IMG/VR virus record: IMGVR_UViG_3300050498_000097
Span: 2,700-66,699 of that record
From: a virus
Length of the DNA stretch: 64,000 nt
Strand: one strand, 5' to 3'
Shown: positions 8,446 to 17,498 of the stretch, piece by piece
Layout of the letters: every line of letters begins with the position of its first letter
Numbering within the stretch: position 1 is the stretch's first letter
Position numbers and translations under genes: made by a program
The notes under the pieces: model-generated
Database searches by the model: none
What the model saw: the letters and a program-made list of their open reading frames with translations, nothing else
Told to the model about the DNA's origin: nothing

Positions 8446-9368
8446 AGAAGCTCCTTGCGATGGTGGCCATGGCGGCGCTGTTGCTGACCGGAACAGCGGC
8501 GTGCGCCGAGATCGCTGACTTCGACAAGGTCGGCATCTGGTACGCCCAGGGCCAGAGTGACGGCAACACGTTCGATCACTGTGTCAAGCCAGGTGTATCG
8601 GACGACGTCTCCGTCAATGACCACGTGTACTGGCTACCCAACAGTCTGCGTACCTGGAACGTTGCGCCCAGCGGTGGCGACACGGACAAGCCTCTGACCA
8701 TTGTGGCCAAGCCTGAGGCCGGTCAAGCCACCGGTCTAGAGGTCAACGTCTGGCCACAGGTGAACTTTATGCTGAATACGTACTGCGGTACGGACGAGAG
8801 GGACGGCAACTCCCCGTTCGTTCAGTGGTGGCAGAAGCTTGGCTCCCGTTACCAGGCCGATGGGCCGGACGGCTGGAAGGCCATGTTGCTCAATACCGTG
8901 GTGCCAGCGCTGGAGAAGGCCAAGAACACGCTGCGCAATTACACTGCCGACCAGCTTGTGACAGGAGTAGCGTTCGCTGAGGCTGAGACACAGTTCGCCG
9001 AAGTCTTCTCCTCGGAGCTGGAGCGCGTCAGCGGTGGTGACTTCTTCTGCGGTCCGGACTTCAATCGGGCCGTGAACGAGTGCTCCCAGGTCGCGATTCT
9101 GCTGAAGGATGCCGACTACGCGGATTCTGGCGTGCAGGCTGCTCGTAACGATAAGCAGAAGGCGCTGGAGGAGGCTGCCGCGAACGTAGCTCGGGCGCAG
9201 GGCCAGGTGCAGGCAGCAGAGGCACAGAAGCTCCTGTATCAGAATCCGGCGTGGGTGCAGTTGCAGTTGGCCCAGAAGCAGTTGGAGATTGCCCAGGCCT
9301 GCGCTGCAAGCGCCAAGTGCACGATGGTCCTGGACTCCTCGGGCAACGTGCAAGTCCACACCAGCTAG
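8442..9368 (+). CDS. SPFH/band-7-like exported protein
   Basis: Signal/lipobox TAAC, SPFH-like beta core and long AQ-rich coiled coil (ARNDKQKALEEA...AEAQK); GTG 8442. Confidence 0.6.
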   Translation: MKKLLAMVAMAALLLTGTAACAEIADFDKVGIWYAQGQSDGNTFDHCVKPGVSDDVSVNDHVYWLPNSLRTWNVAPSGGDTDKPLTIVAKPEAGQATGLEVNVWPQVNFMLNTYCGTDERDGNSPFVQWWQKLGSRYQADGPDGWKAMLLNTVVPALEKAKNTLRNYTADQLVTGVAFAEAETQFAEVFSSELERVSGGDFFCGPDFNRAVNECSQVAILLKDADYADSGVQAARNDKQKALEEAAANVARAQGQVQAAEAQKLLYQNPAWVQLQLAQKQLEIAQACAASAKCTMVLDSSGNVQVHTS

Positions 9369-9410
9369 TTCCTAGTTCCAATCGAAAACATCCTGGAGAG
9401 AGGTAAGTCA

Positions 9411-9638
9411 ATGTTCGGATTCCTGGTCAAGGCGGGCGTCGCTGGAGTCGCCGGCTATGTCGCCGTCAGGATCATGCAGCAGTACGAGGTGGACAAGAAG
9501 CTGGCCGAGTTGGGCAGTGCCGCAGCTGACAAGCTGTTGGCCTTCATGGTCAGCAACAACATCTCCTTCGGTGGCGACACGGAGCCGGAGACCCCGGCGC
9601 CTGCGCCAGCATCCTCTACACCCTGGAGGGCAATGTGA
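9411..9638 (+). CDS. Small membrane-anchored protein
   Basis: GGAGAGAGG RBS, N-terminal hydrophobic helix. Confidence 0.55.
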   Translation: MFGFLVKAGVAGVAGYVAVRIMQQYEVDKKLAELGSAAADKLLAFMVSNNISFGGDTEPETPAPAPASSTPWRAM

Positions 9639-10057
9639 GCACTGACGTTTCTCCTGTCGACTACAGTCCGGCAGATCCCTCTGTACGCCTGATGCCTCCG
9701 CATCCATTGGGTGGCACCTCAGCCCTGTCAGCAGTGCAGCTGACGGACCTGGGGGCACAGGCCGCGTCCGTGGGCATGGAGCGCAGCGCCATCACCGGGT
9801 TCGTGCACGATGTGCAGACCCTGGCTGTGGAGCTGTCCCTGCGGTCGGCCAGCAAGCTCCTGGAGCGGGTGCGTTACGCCCAGGAGGCGCGACTGGGCCG
9901 GCTGGCTCAGGACATCAAGGCTCTGCCCGGTGCTCCGGCACCGGGGCTGTTCGGGAGCATGAGTCCTGATGCTGCGCTCATCCGATCCGGCTACGTGTCC
10001 AGGGAGGCTGTGCTTTCCCTGATACATGGCCTGAACCAGGCCTCACCTAGAGGCTAA
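9635..10057 (+). CDS. Hypothetical protein
   Basis: GTGA coupling, GC3-rich codons. Confidence 0.55.
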   Translation: MSTDVSPVDYSPADPSVRLMPPHPLGGTSALSAVQLTDLGAQAASVGMERSAITGFVHDVQTLAVELSLRSASKLLERVRYAQEARLGRLAQDIKALPGAPAPGLFGSMSPDAALIRSGYVSREAVLSLIHGLNQASPRG

Positions 10058-10079
10058 GCGGATCGGCCCTATGTCGAGG

Positions 10080-10115
10080 TAGCTGGTGCGCATGTCTTGC
10101 GTACCAGCTACTTTC
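10080..10115 (+). terminator. Stem-loop, putative intrinsic terminator
   Basis: TAGCTGGTGCGCA / TGCGTACCAGCTA 13-bp stem (one G.U pair) followed by CTTTC. Confidence 0.5.
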
Positions 10116-10137
10116 AACTTCAGGAGGATGAGTCGTT

Positions 10138-10797
10138 GTGAGGATCGACCTTAGTGGTAAAGGGTTCATTGAGATAGCCGCTCCAGTCATGGACCCTGTT
10201 GAGCAGATCATGCGAATGTTCGAGGCTCATTTTGAAGCAGAAATGGGTTGGGACCAAAAGCCGCTGTACTTTATGTTGTTCAGGAATGGCGACGGCATTG
10301 GTGCGAATACTCTGTCATTGCCGGGACCTCTATACGTTGATCCCAGTCTTTGGCTCCCGCTCCTTGCTCAGCTCGTTGGACAGGATGATGATCATGTAGA
10401 GAATCCTCTCCAGGGTCCTCTTGGAAAATTGACCAAGTCCTTGATTAAGGACCAGCTCCCGCCTGCCGAGTTCCACTTCTACGGCATAGGCGCACTCCAT
10501 GAGGGCTGGATGGCGTATGGCCTTGGAGAGGATGAAGCACAAGCCATTGCTAACGGTACGGCCCTTTCGCCAAGCCAGCGACCAGATCGGGTTGAGGTGC
10601 GCATGGTTCATGTGGTAACCACCGATGGCCGGTTCATGTCACTCACACGCCAGCGTGGGGGAGTGCCAGAGCTGATGGAGGCCGAGCCCAGCATTGACGA
10701 AAATGGCGAGTCCGCTATGGGACCAATGGCTGTTGGCCGGATGCCCAGTGCTCTGAGATTGTTGTGTGATGGAGTGGAACGGCTCGCTAGTGCCTGA
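10138..10797 (+). CDS. Hypothetical protein
   Basis: AGGAGG RBS, 219 aa open frame. Confidence 0.65.
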   Translation: MRIDLSGKGFIEIAAPVMDPVEQIMRMFEAHFEAEMGWDQKPLYFMLFRNGDGIGANTLSLPGPLYVDPSLWLPLLAQLVGQDDDHVENPLQGPLGKLTKSLIKDQLPPAEFHFYGIGALHEGWMAYGLGEDEAQAIANGTALSPSQRPDRVEVRMVHVVTTDGRFMSLTRQRGGVPELMEAEPSIDENGESAMGPMAVGRMPSALRLLCDGVERLASA

Positions 10798-11293
10798 TAA
10801 CACCTGGCTGGATGATGCGGCTTGTCGTAATCATCCAGTCCTCGGTCCGGATGCTTGGTCCGGGGTTATCAACGGCAGGCCTCAGGGAGATGGGGCTCGG
10901 GCCCTGATGGTGTGTCAACGCTCCTGTCCCGTCAAACGGGTGTGCCGGGAGCAATACCAGGGCATTGAGACCATAGCTGGGGGTGGCTGGTTCAACAGCA
11001 AGGGCCAGTTCCAGGAGCCAGTTGACGAGCTGCTTGACGTGAGCCAGGCAGCTGCGTACCTGGACATAGACGTGGAACGGGTCCGGCGCATGGTGGGCCG
11101 TCGACTGCCCGTAGCAGACAGGCGCAGTGGCAGGGCCTGGTTCAAGTTCGAGGACATAGTACGGATCAGCGTGATCTACGACCCGCCTCATGGCAGTTCG
11201 CAGAGGTACAAGCTCCATGAGCTGAGAGGGGAGCCAGTGTGTTTGACGTGCCGGGAAGCGATGGAGCCGAGCTTGAGCGCGTACGCCAGTTGA
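10790..11293 (+). CDS. WhiB-like Fe-S protein fused to HTH and a C-terminal H/C motif
   Basis: W.DDAAC...VCQRSCPVKRVC...IAGG; VSQAAAYL...VRRMV HTH; HG...Y..H..RGEP.C..C; GTG 10790. Confidence 0.65.
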   Translation: MPDNTWLDDAACRNHPVLGPDAWSGVINGRPQGDGARALMVCQRSCPVKRVCREQYQGIETIAGGGWFNSKGQFQEPVDELLDVSQAAAYLDIDVERVRRMVGRRLPVADRRSGRAWFKFEDIVRISVIYDPPHGSSQRYKLHELRGEPVCLTCREAMEPSLSAYAS

Positions 11294-11505
11294 GGGGCGA
11301 CGAGCTAGAGGACTGGATGTTCTTCCGGGAGTGGTACGCGCAGCCGAATGATCTGATTGGCGGCTACAGCGTCATGACGGTAGACCTGCCACCAAGTTCT
11401 GGTTGGCCCGAAGTCGCCACCTTCATGTCCAAGAGGGCAGCTCGTCACATTGCTCTAATCCATAACAGCTGGTACGCACTACAGAGCACTGGATTTCTGC
11501 AATGA
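11290..11505 (+). CDS. Hypothetical phage protein
   Basis: TTG overlapping the upstream stop; NDLIGG...PPS..EVATF..HIALIHN. Confidence 0.5.
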   Translation: MRGDELEDWMFFREWYAQPNDLIGGYSVMTVDLPPSSGWPEVATFMSKRAARHIALIHNSWYALQSTGFLQ

Positions 11506-11521
11506 CCAGGAAGGTGGGAAG

Positions 11522-12097
11522 ATGAGAATCTTCTATGACGCAGAATTCGTGGAACGTGGTTCCCAATTACCAATCCAGCCGGTATCTTTCGGCTTTGTCC
11601 GTGAAGACGGCGCAGAGTTATACGTAATCAACGAAGAGTGCTTATCCAACGTCATGAAACATCCGTGGTTAGCCGTCAACGTACGCCCCGGTCTTCCGAT
11701 TCGTGAGGACGGGGGCTATATCTATGAATGGGACCGGGAGCACCCCGAGTATCCCTACGTAATGTCCCTGGACACTCTCGTACGTCATGTGCAGCGGTTC
11801 CTGACCGAAGTGCCAGACATCGAGCTGTGGGCCTACTACGGAGCCTACGATCACGTCGTCTTGTGCCAGCTGTTTGGCTCCATGGGAGAGCTGCCGGCTG
11901 GCATTCCCATGTTCACCCACGACGTACAGTGGCTCGCGGAGCAGAAGCCAGAGCAGAGACTGCCCCCGGATCCTGTAGATGTGCACCATGCCATGTGGGA
12001 TGCGCGCTGGACACGGGATGCGTACGAACAACTACAAGCTGAGCCGATCAAGACGGTTGGCTACGTCGGCCGGATGCTGGATGGAGTTGAAGCATGA
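11522..12097 (+). CDS. DEDDh 3'-5' exoribonuclease, Rv2179c-like
   Basis: FYDAEF, WAYYGAYDHV, HHAMWDARW. Confidence 0.85.
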   Translation: MRIFYDAEFVERGSQLPIQPVSFGFVREDGAELYVINEECLSNVMKHPWLAVNVRPGLPIREDGGYIYEWDREHPEYPYVMSLDTLVRHVQRFLTEVPDIELWAYYGAYDHVVLCQLFGSMGELPAGIPMFTHDVQWLAEQKPEQRLPPDPVDVHHAMWDARWTRDAYEQLQAEPIKTVGYVGRMLDGVEA

Positions 12098-12381
12098 TTG
12101 CAGTTCGGGTGGCCCTGGATTCCGTGGAGCGGGTCAGGTTAGAGACGGCTGACCACTTCCTGATCGACAAGGATTACATGCTGGAGGTCTACAATGGGAC
12201 TGAGCTGGTTGCCGTCTTCCGGGAATGGGCCTACGCAGTGAAGATCGAGGGCTCCATTGGTCCCGACGAGCAGCTCCCACTTCCATCCGGAGTTCGTACG
12301 GTGACGCCGTCGCGGCCGTTGAATCTGGGAGCACCTACGAAGCCGTCGATGATGGCGTCTTCGGCTCCCGGTACCTCTTAG
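12094..12381 (+). CDS. Hypothetical protein
   Basis: ATGA coupling; last + strand gene of the left block. Confidence 0.5.
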   Translation: MIAVRVALDSVERVRLETADHFLIDKDYMLEVYNGTELVAVFREWAYAVKIEGSIGPDEQLPLPSGVRTVTPSRPLNLGAPTKPSMMASSAPGTS

Positions 12382-12706
12382 TCCGACCCCATTGGTATCC
12401 CCGGTGGGTATGAGCTTCCTGCCGGTGTGAGGCCAGCTCCAGCTTTGTGGCATTGGTGGAAATGCCCCAAGTGACCACATTCAGGATATCTTGGGCTAGC
12501 TGTCGGGACCACCACTGGTCACGGCCGACGATGGTGAGAGACAGTTCCACCACGCCCAGGGCCTCGCCACTGACACCGTGACATTCAATGTGCTTGTCGC
12601 CCTCACAGGCCCATCCCAGGACTCTTTGAGCCTGCTTCAAGACCTTGTCGGTGTCCTCGGGCTTAGGTGTCAGGCGATAAGTGAAGGTCCTCCTTGATCC
12701 GGGCAC
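12335..12706 (-). CDS. Hypothetical protein
   Basis: GTG 12706 after GGAGGG, next to the upstream stop. Confidence 0.55.
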   Translation of the reverse strand: MPGSRRTFTYRLTPKPEDTDKVLKQAQRVLGWACEGDKHIECHGVSGEALGVVELSLTIVGRDQWWSRQLAQDILNVVTWGISTNATKLELASHRQEAHTHRGYQWGRTKRYREPKTPSSTAS

Positions 12707-12707
12707 G

Positions 12708-13322
12708 TCACCCTCCGACACAGGTGGTGATGGTCTGGTGTCCACCTGGTGTGACTACTGTAATTGTCCTAGTCGAGGCGCCCGGTGGGCATGCTGACAA
12801 TGGATGAGCGATGAACCAGTTGGCCACGGCCTGGGCAATCTGTTCACTGGAGGGTGGAGGACCAGGAGGACCCGCTGCAGGGGGATTCTCGGTCAAGTAG
12901 GTGATCACTGCCGCTGCGATCTCAGCGGGGGTCGGTGCAGGTCCAGCTGCAGGTGGATGAGCCAGGAAGTATGCCTCCACGGCCTCACGCACCGCTTCAT
13001 CAGATGGCGGCGGTCCAGCGGGACCACGCTCTCCAGCTGGGCCGGGATCACCACGCAGCTGGTCCGGGTCTCTCACGCACTCCCGACCCAGGGCCCGTAC
13101 CTGTTCACATAGCTCTTCAGCGGTCGCTACGGCCTCATTCGCTCGCTGTCTCTCCCGTTCAGCCTGTTGCTGAATCTCTACGAACGAGTAGATGCCAAGA
13201 CCCAGGGCAATGACCGTGCCCAGTATCATCGCAAGTAGGAGCCACCGCAGTGGACCCAGTTGACTTGCGGCATGATGAAGTCGGTGGAGCCCAACATGCT
13301 GCTCACGTGTTACGTCGTCCAT
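12708..13322 (-). CDS. Lysis-module membrane protein with collagen-like and PPAAGP repeats
   Basis: One TM helix, coiled coil, GDPGPAGERGPAGP, three helix+Pro repeats. Confidence 0.6.
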   Translation of the reverse strand: MDDVTREQHVGLHRLHHAASQLGPLRWLLLAMILGTVIALGLGIYSFVEIQQQAERERQRANEAVATAEELCEQVRALGRECVRDPDQLRGDPGPAGERGPAGPPPSDEAVREAVEAYFLAHPPAAGPAPTPAEIAAAVITYLTENPPAAGPPGPPPSSEQIAQAVANWFIAHPLSACPPGASTRTITVVTPGGHQTITTCVGG

Positions 13323-13618
13323 CAGGGATAGCCCCTCAGATCCCGTACCGACGCTTCTAGGTCATTTATCCGCTCGGTGAGACGGGCAATCTTTTCGTTC
13401 GCTCGTTCCAGTGCAAGGACTGCACGAGCTTCACGTCCTTCGGCTTCACGACGCAGTCTAATTTGTAAATCAAGCTGGCTGATCGTTTGTTCGTGGGCCT
13501 TGACCTCGTCCAGTCGTCGCGCCTGTTCGAGTATTAGTGTGCGCAGACAGATGGCAACGACAATAACGAATCCACTGAATGCGCCTGCGGCGGGTATGAG
13601 TACCTCAATCCCGCCCAT
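13322..13618 (-). CDS. Lysis-module membrane protein (TM + coiled coil)
   Basis: N-terminal TM helix; GGAGGG RBS; lies downstream of the holin. Confidence 0.6.
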   Translation of the reverse strand: MGGIEVLIPAAGAFSGFVIVVAICLRTLILEQARRLDEVKAHEQTISQLDLQIRLRREAEGREARAVLALERANEKIARLTERINDLEASVRDLRGYP

Positions 13619-13715
13619 GCTCTACCCTCCACCATCTCAAATCATGTTGAGGATTCTTCGTTTCGTTGAGCAGGATATTAGATGATGTTGACCATCACTG
13701 TCTATGAACGAGCTA

Positions 13716-13916
13716 CTACTTTGTTGATGTTGGTGTGTTAGGAATCGCCCAGACGGCAAACCCAGCGACAATTCCGGCGACAATAACACTGGCCCACTCG
13801 CTACTTGTTACCGTGGCTCCACCAGGAGAGCTAGCAAGAGTAGCGGTCTGATATACCGCATAAGCTGCCACCACCAAAGCCGTTAAAGCTTTGGCAACAG
13901 AGTTGAGTGTGTTCAT
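13716..13916 (-). CDS. Putative holin
   Basis: 66 aa, 2 TM helices, T..EW..VIVAGIVAGFAVWAIPN ending typical of actinophage holins. Confidence 0.7.
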   Translation of the reverse strand: MNTLNSVAKALTALVVAAYAVYQTATLASSPGGATVTSSEWASVIVAGIVAGFAVWAIPNTPTSTK

Positions 13917-13923
13917 AGCGCAC

Positions 13924-13929
13924 AGTATG
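13924..13929 (-). promoter_or_regulatory. Putative -10 element (CATACT) for a leaderless holin transcript
   Basis: CATACT-N7-ATG with no SD upstream of the holin ATG. Confidence 0.4.
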
Positions 13930-13961
13930 CGGGATCACGGGAACAAAGCACATCCTCCTCG

Positions 13962-14009
13962 ACAAAACAATCAAGGTCCGGACTCCCATCGGGAGAGTCA
14001 GGACCTTGA
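13962..14009 (-). terminator. Intrinsic terminator after the glycosylation operon
   Basis: TCAAGGTCC/GGACCTTGA 9-bp outer stem plus inner stem, followed by TTGTTTTGT on the - strand. Confidence 0.7.
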
Positions 14010-14044
14010 GAGTTGGAGCGTACAGGTGGCGCTCTCAGCTTACC

Positions 14045-14497
14045 TCAATCGGAGATGTCACGGAACCGGTACGCATGCCAGCGTCGGAAGTCCAGTGGTC
14101 GAGCCCGCCTCGCTGGTCCGGGCGAGGTATTGGGAAGCTGCTGCCAGGTCAGGGCGTAGCCCAGGTTGATGTCCCCGTTGAGCCAGCCCTCGAAGATAAC
14201 AACAACGCCGCCGTCAGCGTCGGTAGAGTCTGGGCCGCAGTGCCCAATAGCGTCGCCCGGTAGCAGGTCCCTGACCGGGATCTCCTTGACCCAGCCGTCT
14301 GTCTCCAGCGTCACGGTGGACATACCGCCCCAGCTGTGGGGAGCGGTCAACGGGATGTCCCAGCACATGGAGACGAAGCCAGCGGCATCAGTACGGTAGC
14401 CGTCAGGTGCATGGAAGGATGCCTTGTCGAACGGTACCGTCTCGGTGGGCCAGCCGTATTTGGCTCGTAATAAGACCCGCTCTCTACTGATCGACAT
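14045..14497 (-). CDS. NlpC/P60-like protein lacking catalytic residues
   Basis: GYRTDAAGFVSMCW (family consensus GYRTDCSG.VSM.W), DLLPGDAI, GGVVVIFEGW (family GHVV.F..W). Confidence 0.65.
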   Translation of the reverse strand: MSISRERVLLRAKYGWPTETVPFDKASFHAPDGYRTDAAGFVSMCWDIPLTAPHSWGGMSTVTLETDGWVKEIPVRDLLPGDAIGHCGPDSTDADGGVVVIFEGWLNGDINLGYALTWQQLPNTSPGPARRARPLDFRRWHAYRFRDISD

Positions 14498-14705
14498 CTG
14501 GCTCCTTGTCTCTAGAGATCGTAATGCCGTCCAAGGTACGAACCAGGTTCAGGAGTCGAGTGTCTCCGTATTGCTCGATGTAGAGGATGGGAACATCTCC
14601 CCGGTTCAGGTCGATGATAACTCTGGCTACGTTGTCTTGAATAATCCCTGCGTCCACTGGCGCCTTAAAGAAGGTCTTGGCGGTGAGCACACCATGCGTG
14701 GTCAT
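14484..14705 (-). CDS. Hypothetical protein
   Basis: ATGA coupling with the upstream glycosyltransferase. Confidence 0.55.
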   Translation of the reverse strand: MTTHGVLTAKTFFKAPVDAGIIQDNVARVIIDLNRGDVPILYIEQYGDTRLLNLVRTLDGITISRDKEPDVDQ

Positions 14706-15364
14706 GCAGCATCTCCTTTATGGGCGCGACCGGAAGAATTACCAGGACTCCCATTCGGCAGTTGCCAATGCCTCCATGCCCATGACTTACGTACCAGGTG
14801 AGAGATTTTGGCGCCGGCCTTCAGGCATTCGATTGTAAAGTACCGATCCTCACCAGAGTTTTGGTCATGTCCCCGGTCCAGCTCCTTGAATCCCACCTCT
14901 TTCGCCAATTCGGTACGGACCAGTGTGGTGATCGTGGTCTCGATTGGATCGTCCGGATTGAATGGGTTCAGGTAATGAGTAACCGGAAAGACGGTGTCAT
15001 CTTCTAGGAGCCGGGTGCTTCCATTCGCGAATTGCTGAAGAATTTTGAACCAGCTATAGCAGAAATCTGCACCAGTCTCCTGCTGATGTTTCATCAGCCA
15101 TTCCAGATGCTTTGCGAAGAAGATGTCATCCGAATCCAGAAAGGCAACAAAGTCCGTTGAGGCCGACATCAGTGCTCTTTGTCTGGTTGCTGCGGCACCC
15201 TCTCGGTCCACATCAATAGCAACGATGTGGGCATCCGGTAACAGAGTCTGTGCGTATACAGAACCTGTCGCCTGCGCCAGTAATCCATTGGTTACTCGTG
15301 CAGGGTGTGCGGGTGTGATAACGGAGACTGTACGACGTCTGGCCATGTTGTCAGCTTCCTGCAA
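14702..15364 (-). CDS. Glycosyltransferase family 2
   Basis: VSVITPAH, FVAFLDSDD, SGED; start possibly 15346. Confidence 0.85.
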   Translation of the reverse strand: MQEADNMARRRTVSVITPAHPARVTNGLLAQATGSVYAQTLLPDAHIVAIDVDREGAAATRQRALMSASTDFVAFLDSDDIFFAKHLEWLMKHQQETGADFCYSWFKILQQFANGSTRLLEDDTVFPVTHYLNPFNPDDPIETTITTLVRTELAKEVGFKELDRGHDQNSGEDRYFTIECLKAGAKISHLVRKSWAWRHWQLPNGSPGNSSGRAHKGDAA

Positions 15365-15959
15365 AGTGGTAGTCGACTGTCACGGTGGGCACGTGCACCC
15401 ATCTGGCGCCCTTCTCAAGCCACGCGGCGACAATGGCCCAGTCTGGGGCATGCTGATCACCAGCAATATTATCAGGGTCGGGCCATCGTGCCAGCTCTAG
15501 TAGCTCGCGTCGATGCATGATCACAGAGGTGTCAATTCCGCAGTAGGCGGGTGGATTAGAGCCAATGACCAGGCCCTGTGGGTGTGTAATCAGCTGACTG
15601 TACGCGAAGCTGGCCTCGGGGTTCTCGTCCAATGCTTCAGCTAGGAGCCGCAGATGGTCAGGGCGCCAGGCGTTGTCATCGTCCAGGTAGGCGATGTACT
15701 CACCAGTGGCGTAGCTGAGTGCATGGTTGCGAGCTATGGACCCGTAATTGAACGGATGGTCACTATGCGCGGGGACCTGGACGTAGGTCACCGGCTCCAG
15801 GAGGAGTAGGTCTGCCAGCGTCTCGTCAGGGCCATCGGAACAGACAATGTGCTGAATCTTGGGATAGCTCTGTGCACGCACGGAGGGGATCGCACGCTGC
15901 AGCAGCAGATGATGTCGCTGCCACGTTGGTGTCACCGTAGTCACTAACGGGGTGCTCAT
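15351..15959 (-). CDS. Glycosyltransferase family 2
   Basis: VTTVTPTW, ARNHAL..ATGEYIAYLDDDN. Confidence 0.88.
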   Translation of the reverse strand: MSTPLVTTVTPTWQRHHLLLQRAIPSVRAQSYPKIQHIVCSDGPDETLADLLLLEPVTYVQVPAHSDHPFNYGSIARNHALSYATGEYIAYLDDDNAWRPDHLRLLAEALDENPEASFAYSQLITHPQGLVIGSNPPAYCGIDTSVIMHRRELLELARWPDPDNIAGDQHAPDWAIVAAWLEKGARWVHVPTVTVDYHFAGS

Positions 15960-16948
15960 CAGGCGACTGTCTCCAGAGCCATTTCTGTGATCAACTTGGC
16001 GGTCGAAACTGCAGTGCAGATCTTCCCGGATAGTACTGAGATGACATTGTCATGAGACTCTAACAGTGTCGGTCGTTCATCCGTGGCGTCTACGTCTGGT
16101 AACACGGCCCGGACACTGAACAGGGAGCGGTGGTAGATGACAACGCCCTGTCCTCCGGCACGCAGGCCGCGCAGGTGTTGACCAGCAGTCTCCAGCATCT
16201 TCTCCCACCTGCTTACCGGTTCACCGCGATACGGCCACACGCGATCAGGGCGGTCACTGACACTATGAACACTGTTGACCACGTCATAGAGCATGTGCCC
16301 GCGCCCGTACGGGTCCAGGGAAACGTGGTCGCCGTCGAGCACCACAAACGACTGGCCGTCGTAGCGGGCCACCTCGATCAAGGCGACCTCGCATAGCTCG
16401 TACCGCAGTGGCCTGGACCAGGGCTGCCCATAGGTTGCTGCTATGGTCAGGTCGTATCCGGGGACCGGGGCATCGGTACGGCTGTTGAAGTGCAGCCGTA
16501 CTCCGGCCATGGCCAGGTCTCTACGTAACAGACGCCGCAGCACGTCGGTATTGATGAGGGCCTCGGGCACCCGTACACACAGCTGGGCATGGTGCACCTG
16601 CGGTGGATCCACTATCTCGTATGGCAAGTCGAGCCGGTCAAGAAATGACAGGTACTCCTCAGCGGAGACCCTGCTTTCAGCGGCAATGACATAGTGCTGG
16701 TCGGCGCTCCACACGGCCTCTGGATAGCGGGCCCTGAATTCAGGTGCTGCCTCTCGTGCGGTCTTTGCCGTCAGGTCACTGCGAGGATAGTGATAGCCAG
16801 AATGTAAGCGACCCTGGCAGCGGGAAGTAGCCCCTTCTAGCAAATCAAAGCGGGACTCGAACAGATCGACCTGGGCCCCAGATCTAGCTAAGTCGACAGC
16901 TGCGGTAGCTCCAAAAATGCCACCACCAATGACAGCTACTTTCACCAT
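15959..16948 (-). CDS. FAD-dependent oxidoreductase
   Basis: VAVIGGGIFG Rossmann motif; GATSRCQGRLHSGYHYPRS; GKI near the C-terminus. Confidence 0.85.
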   Translation of the reverse strand: MVKVAVIGGGIFGATAAVDLARSGAQVDLFESRFDLLEGATSRCQGRLHSGYHYPRSDLTAKTAREAAPEFRARYPEAVWSADQHYVIAAESRVSAEEYLSFLDRLDLPYEIVDPPQVHHAQLCVRVPEALINTDVLRRLLRRDLAMAGVRLHFNSRTDAPVPGYDLTIAATYGQPWSRPLRYELCEVALIEVARYDGQSFVVLDGDHVSLDPYGRGHMLYDVVNSVHSVSDRPDRVWPYRGEPVSRWEKMLETAGQHLRGLRAGGQGVVIYHRSLFSVRAVLPDVDATDERPTLLESHDNVISVLSGKICTAVSTAKLITEMALETVA

Positions 16949-17490
16949 TCACCTGGCCGGTAAATGGCCATGGTGTCAACCAATGTGGGCGGCTTCTTCC
17001 AAGCATCTAGCGCCTGTCGCACGCCAGGACAGGTGTCCTCGTCATAATCGTGACAGGCCAGAATTCCATCGTCACGAAGCAGTCTCAAGGCCCATTGCAC
17101 ATCATGGGTTACTGCGTGCGCCTGGTGGTCGCCATCAATCCAGATCAAGTCAAACTGCTGCCCTTCGGCGACCAGTGCGGGCAGTACATCTTGACTGTAG
17201 GCAACCCGAAGACTCACGCGATGGGCCACCTCATAGGCGGCGAGGTTCCCGGCCAATATGGTGAGGGAGCCAAGGTCTACGTGTGGGTCAACTGCGGTCA
17301 CCCGAGCTGATACAGAGGCCAGGGCTATGGTGCTGTATCCGTACGCTGACCCGATTTCCAGTACATCGGCGCCAGTGCCCATCCAGCGCAGCTGGTCCGT
17401 CTCCTCCTTGGTCAGTGAGGTACTGATCGGTGGTCCAGCGTCAGGCGCAAGAGGCCCGCCTGGGAGCATCGGTCGCCAGTCAAGCTTCAT
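16942..17490 (-). CDS. Class I SAM-dependent methyltransferase (Methyltransf_24-like)
   Basis: VLEIGSAYGYST, DLIWIDGDH, GILACHDY; ATG 17490 after AGGAG. Confidence 0.85.
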   Translation of the reverse strand: MKLDWRPMLPGGPLAPDAGPPISTSLTKEETDQLRWMGTGADVLEIGSAYGYSTIALASVSARVTAVDPHVDLGSLTILAGNLAAYEVAHRVSLRVAYSQDVLPALVAEGQQFDLIWIDGDHQAHAVTHDVQWALRLLRDDGILACHDYDEDTCPGVRQALDAWKKPPTLVDTMAIYRPGEW

Positions 17491-17498
17491 GCACGCTC

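Noticed and set aside
12335-12381. 47-bp convergent overlap at the strand switch as a regulatory antisense system
   Set aside because: Short tail-to-tail overlaps are common at phage transcription convergence points; no structure seen.
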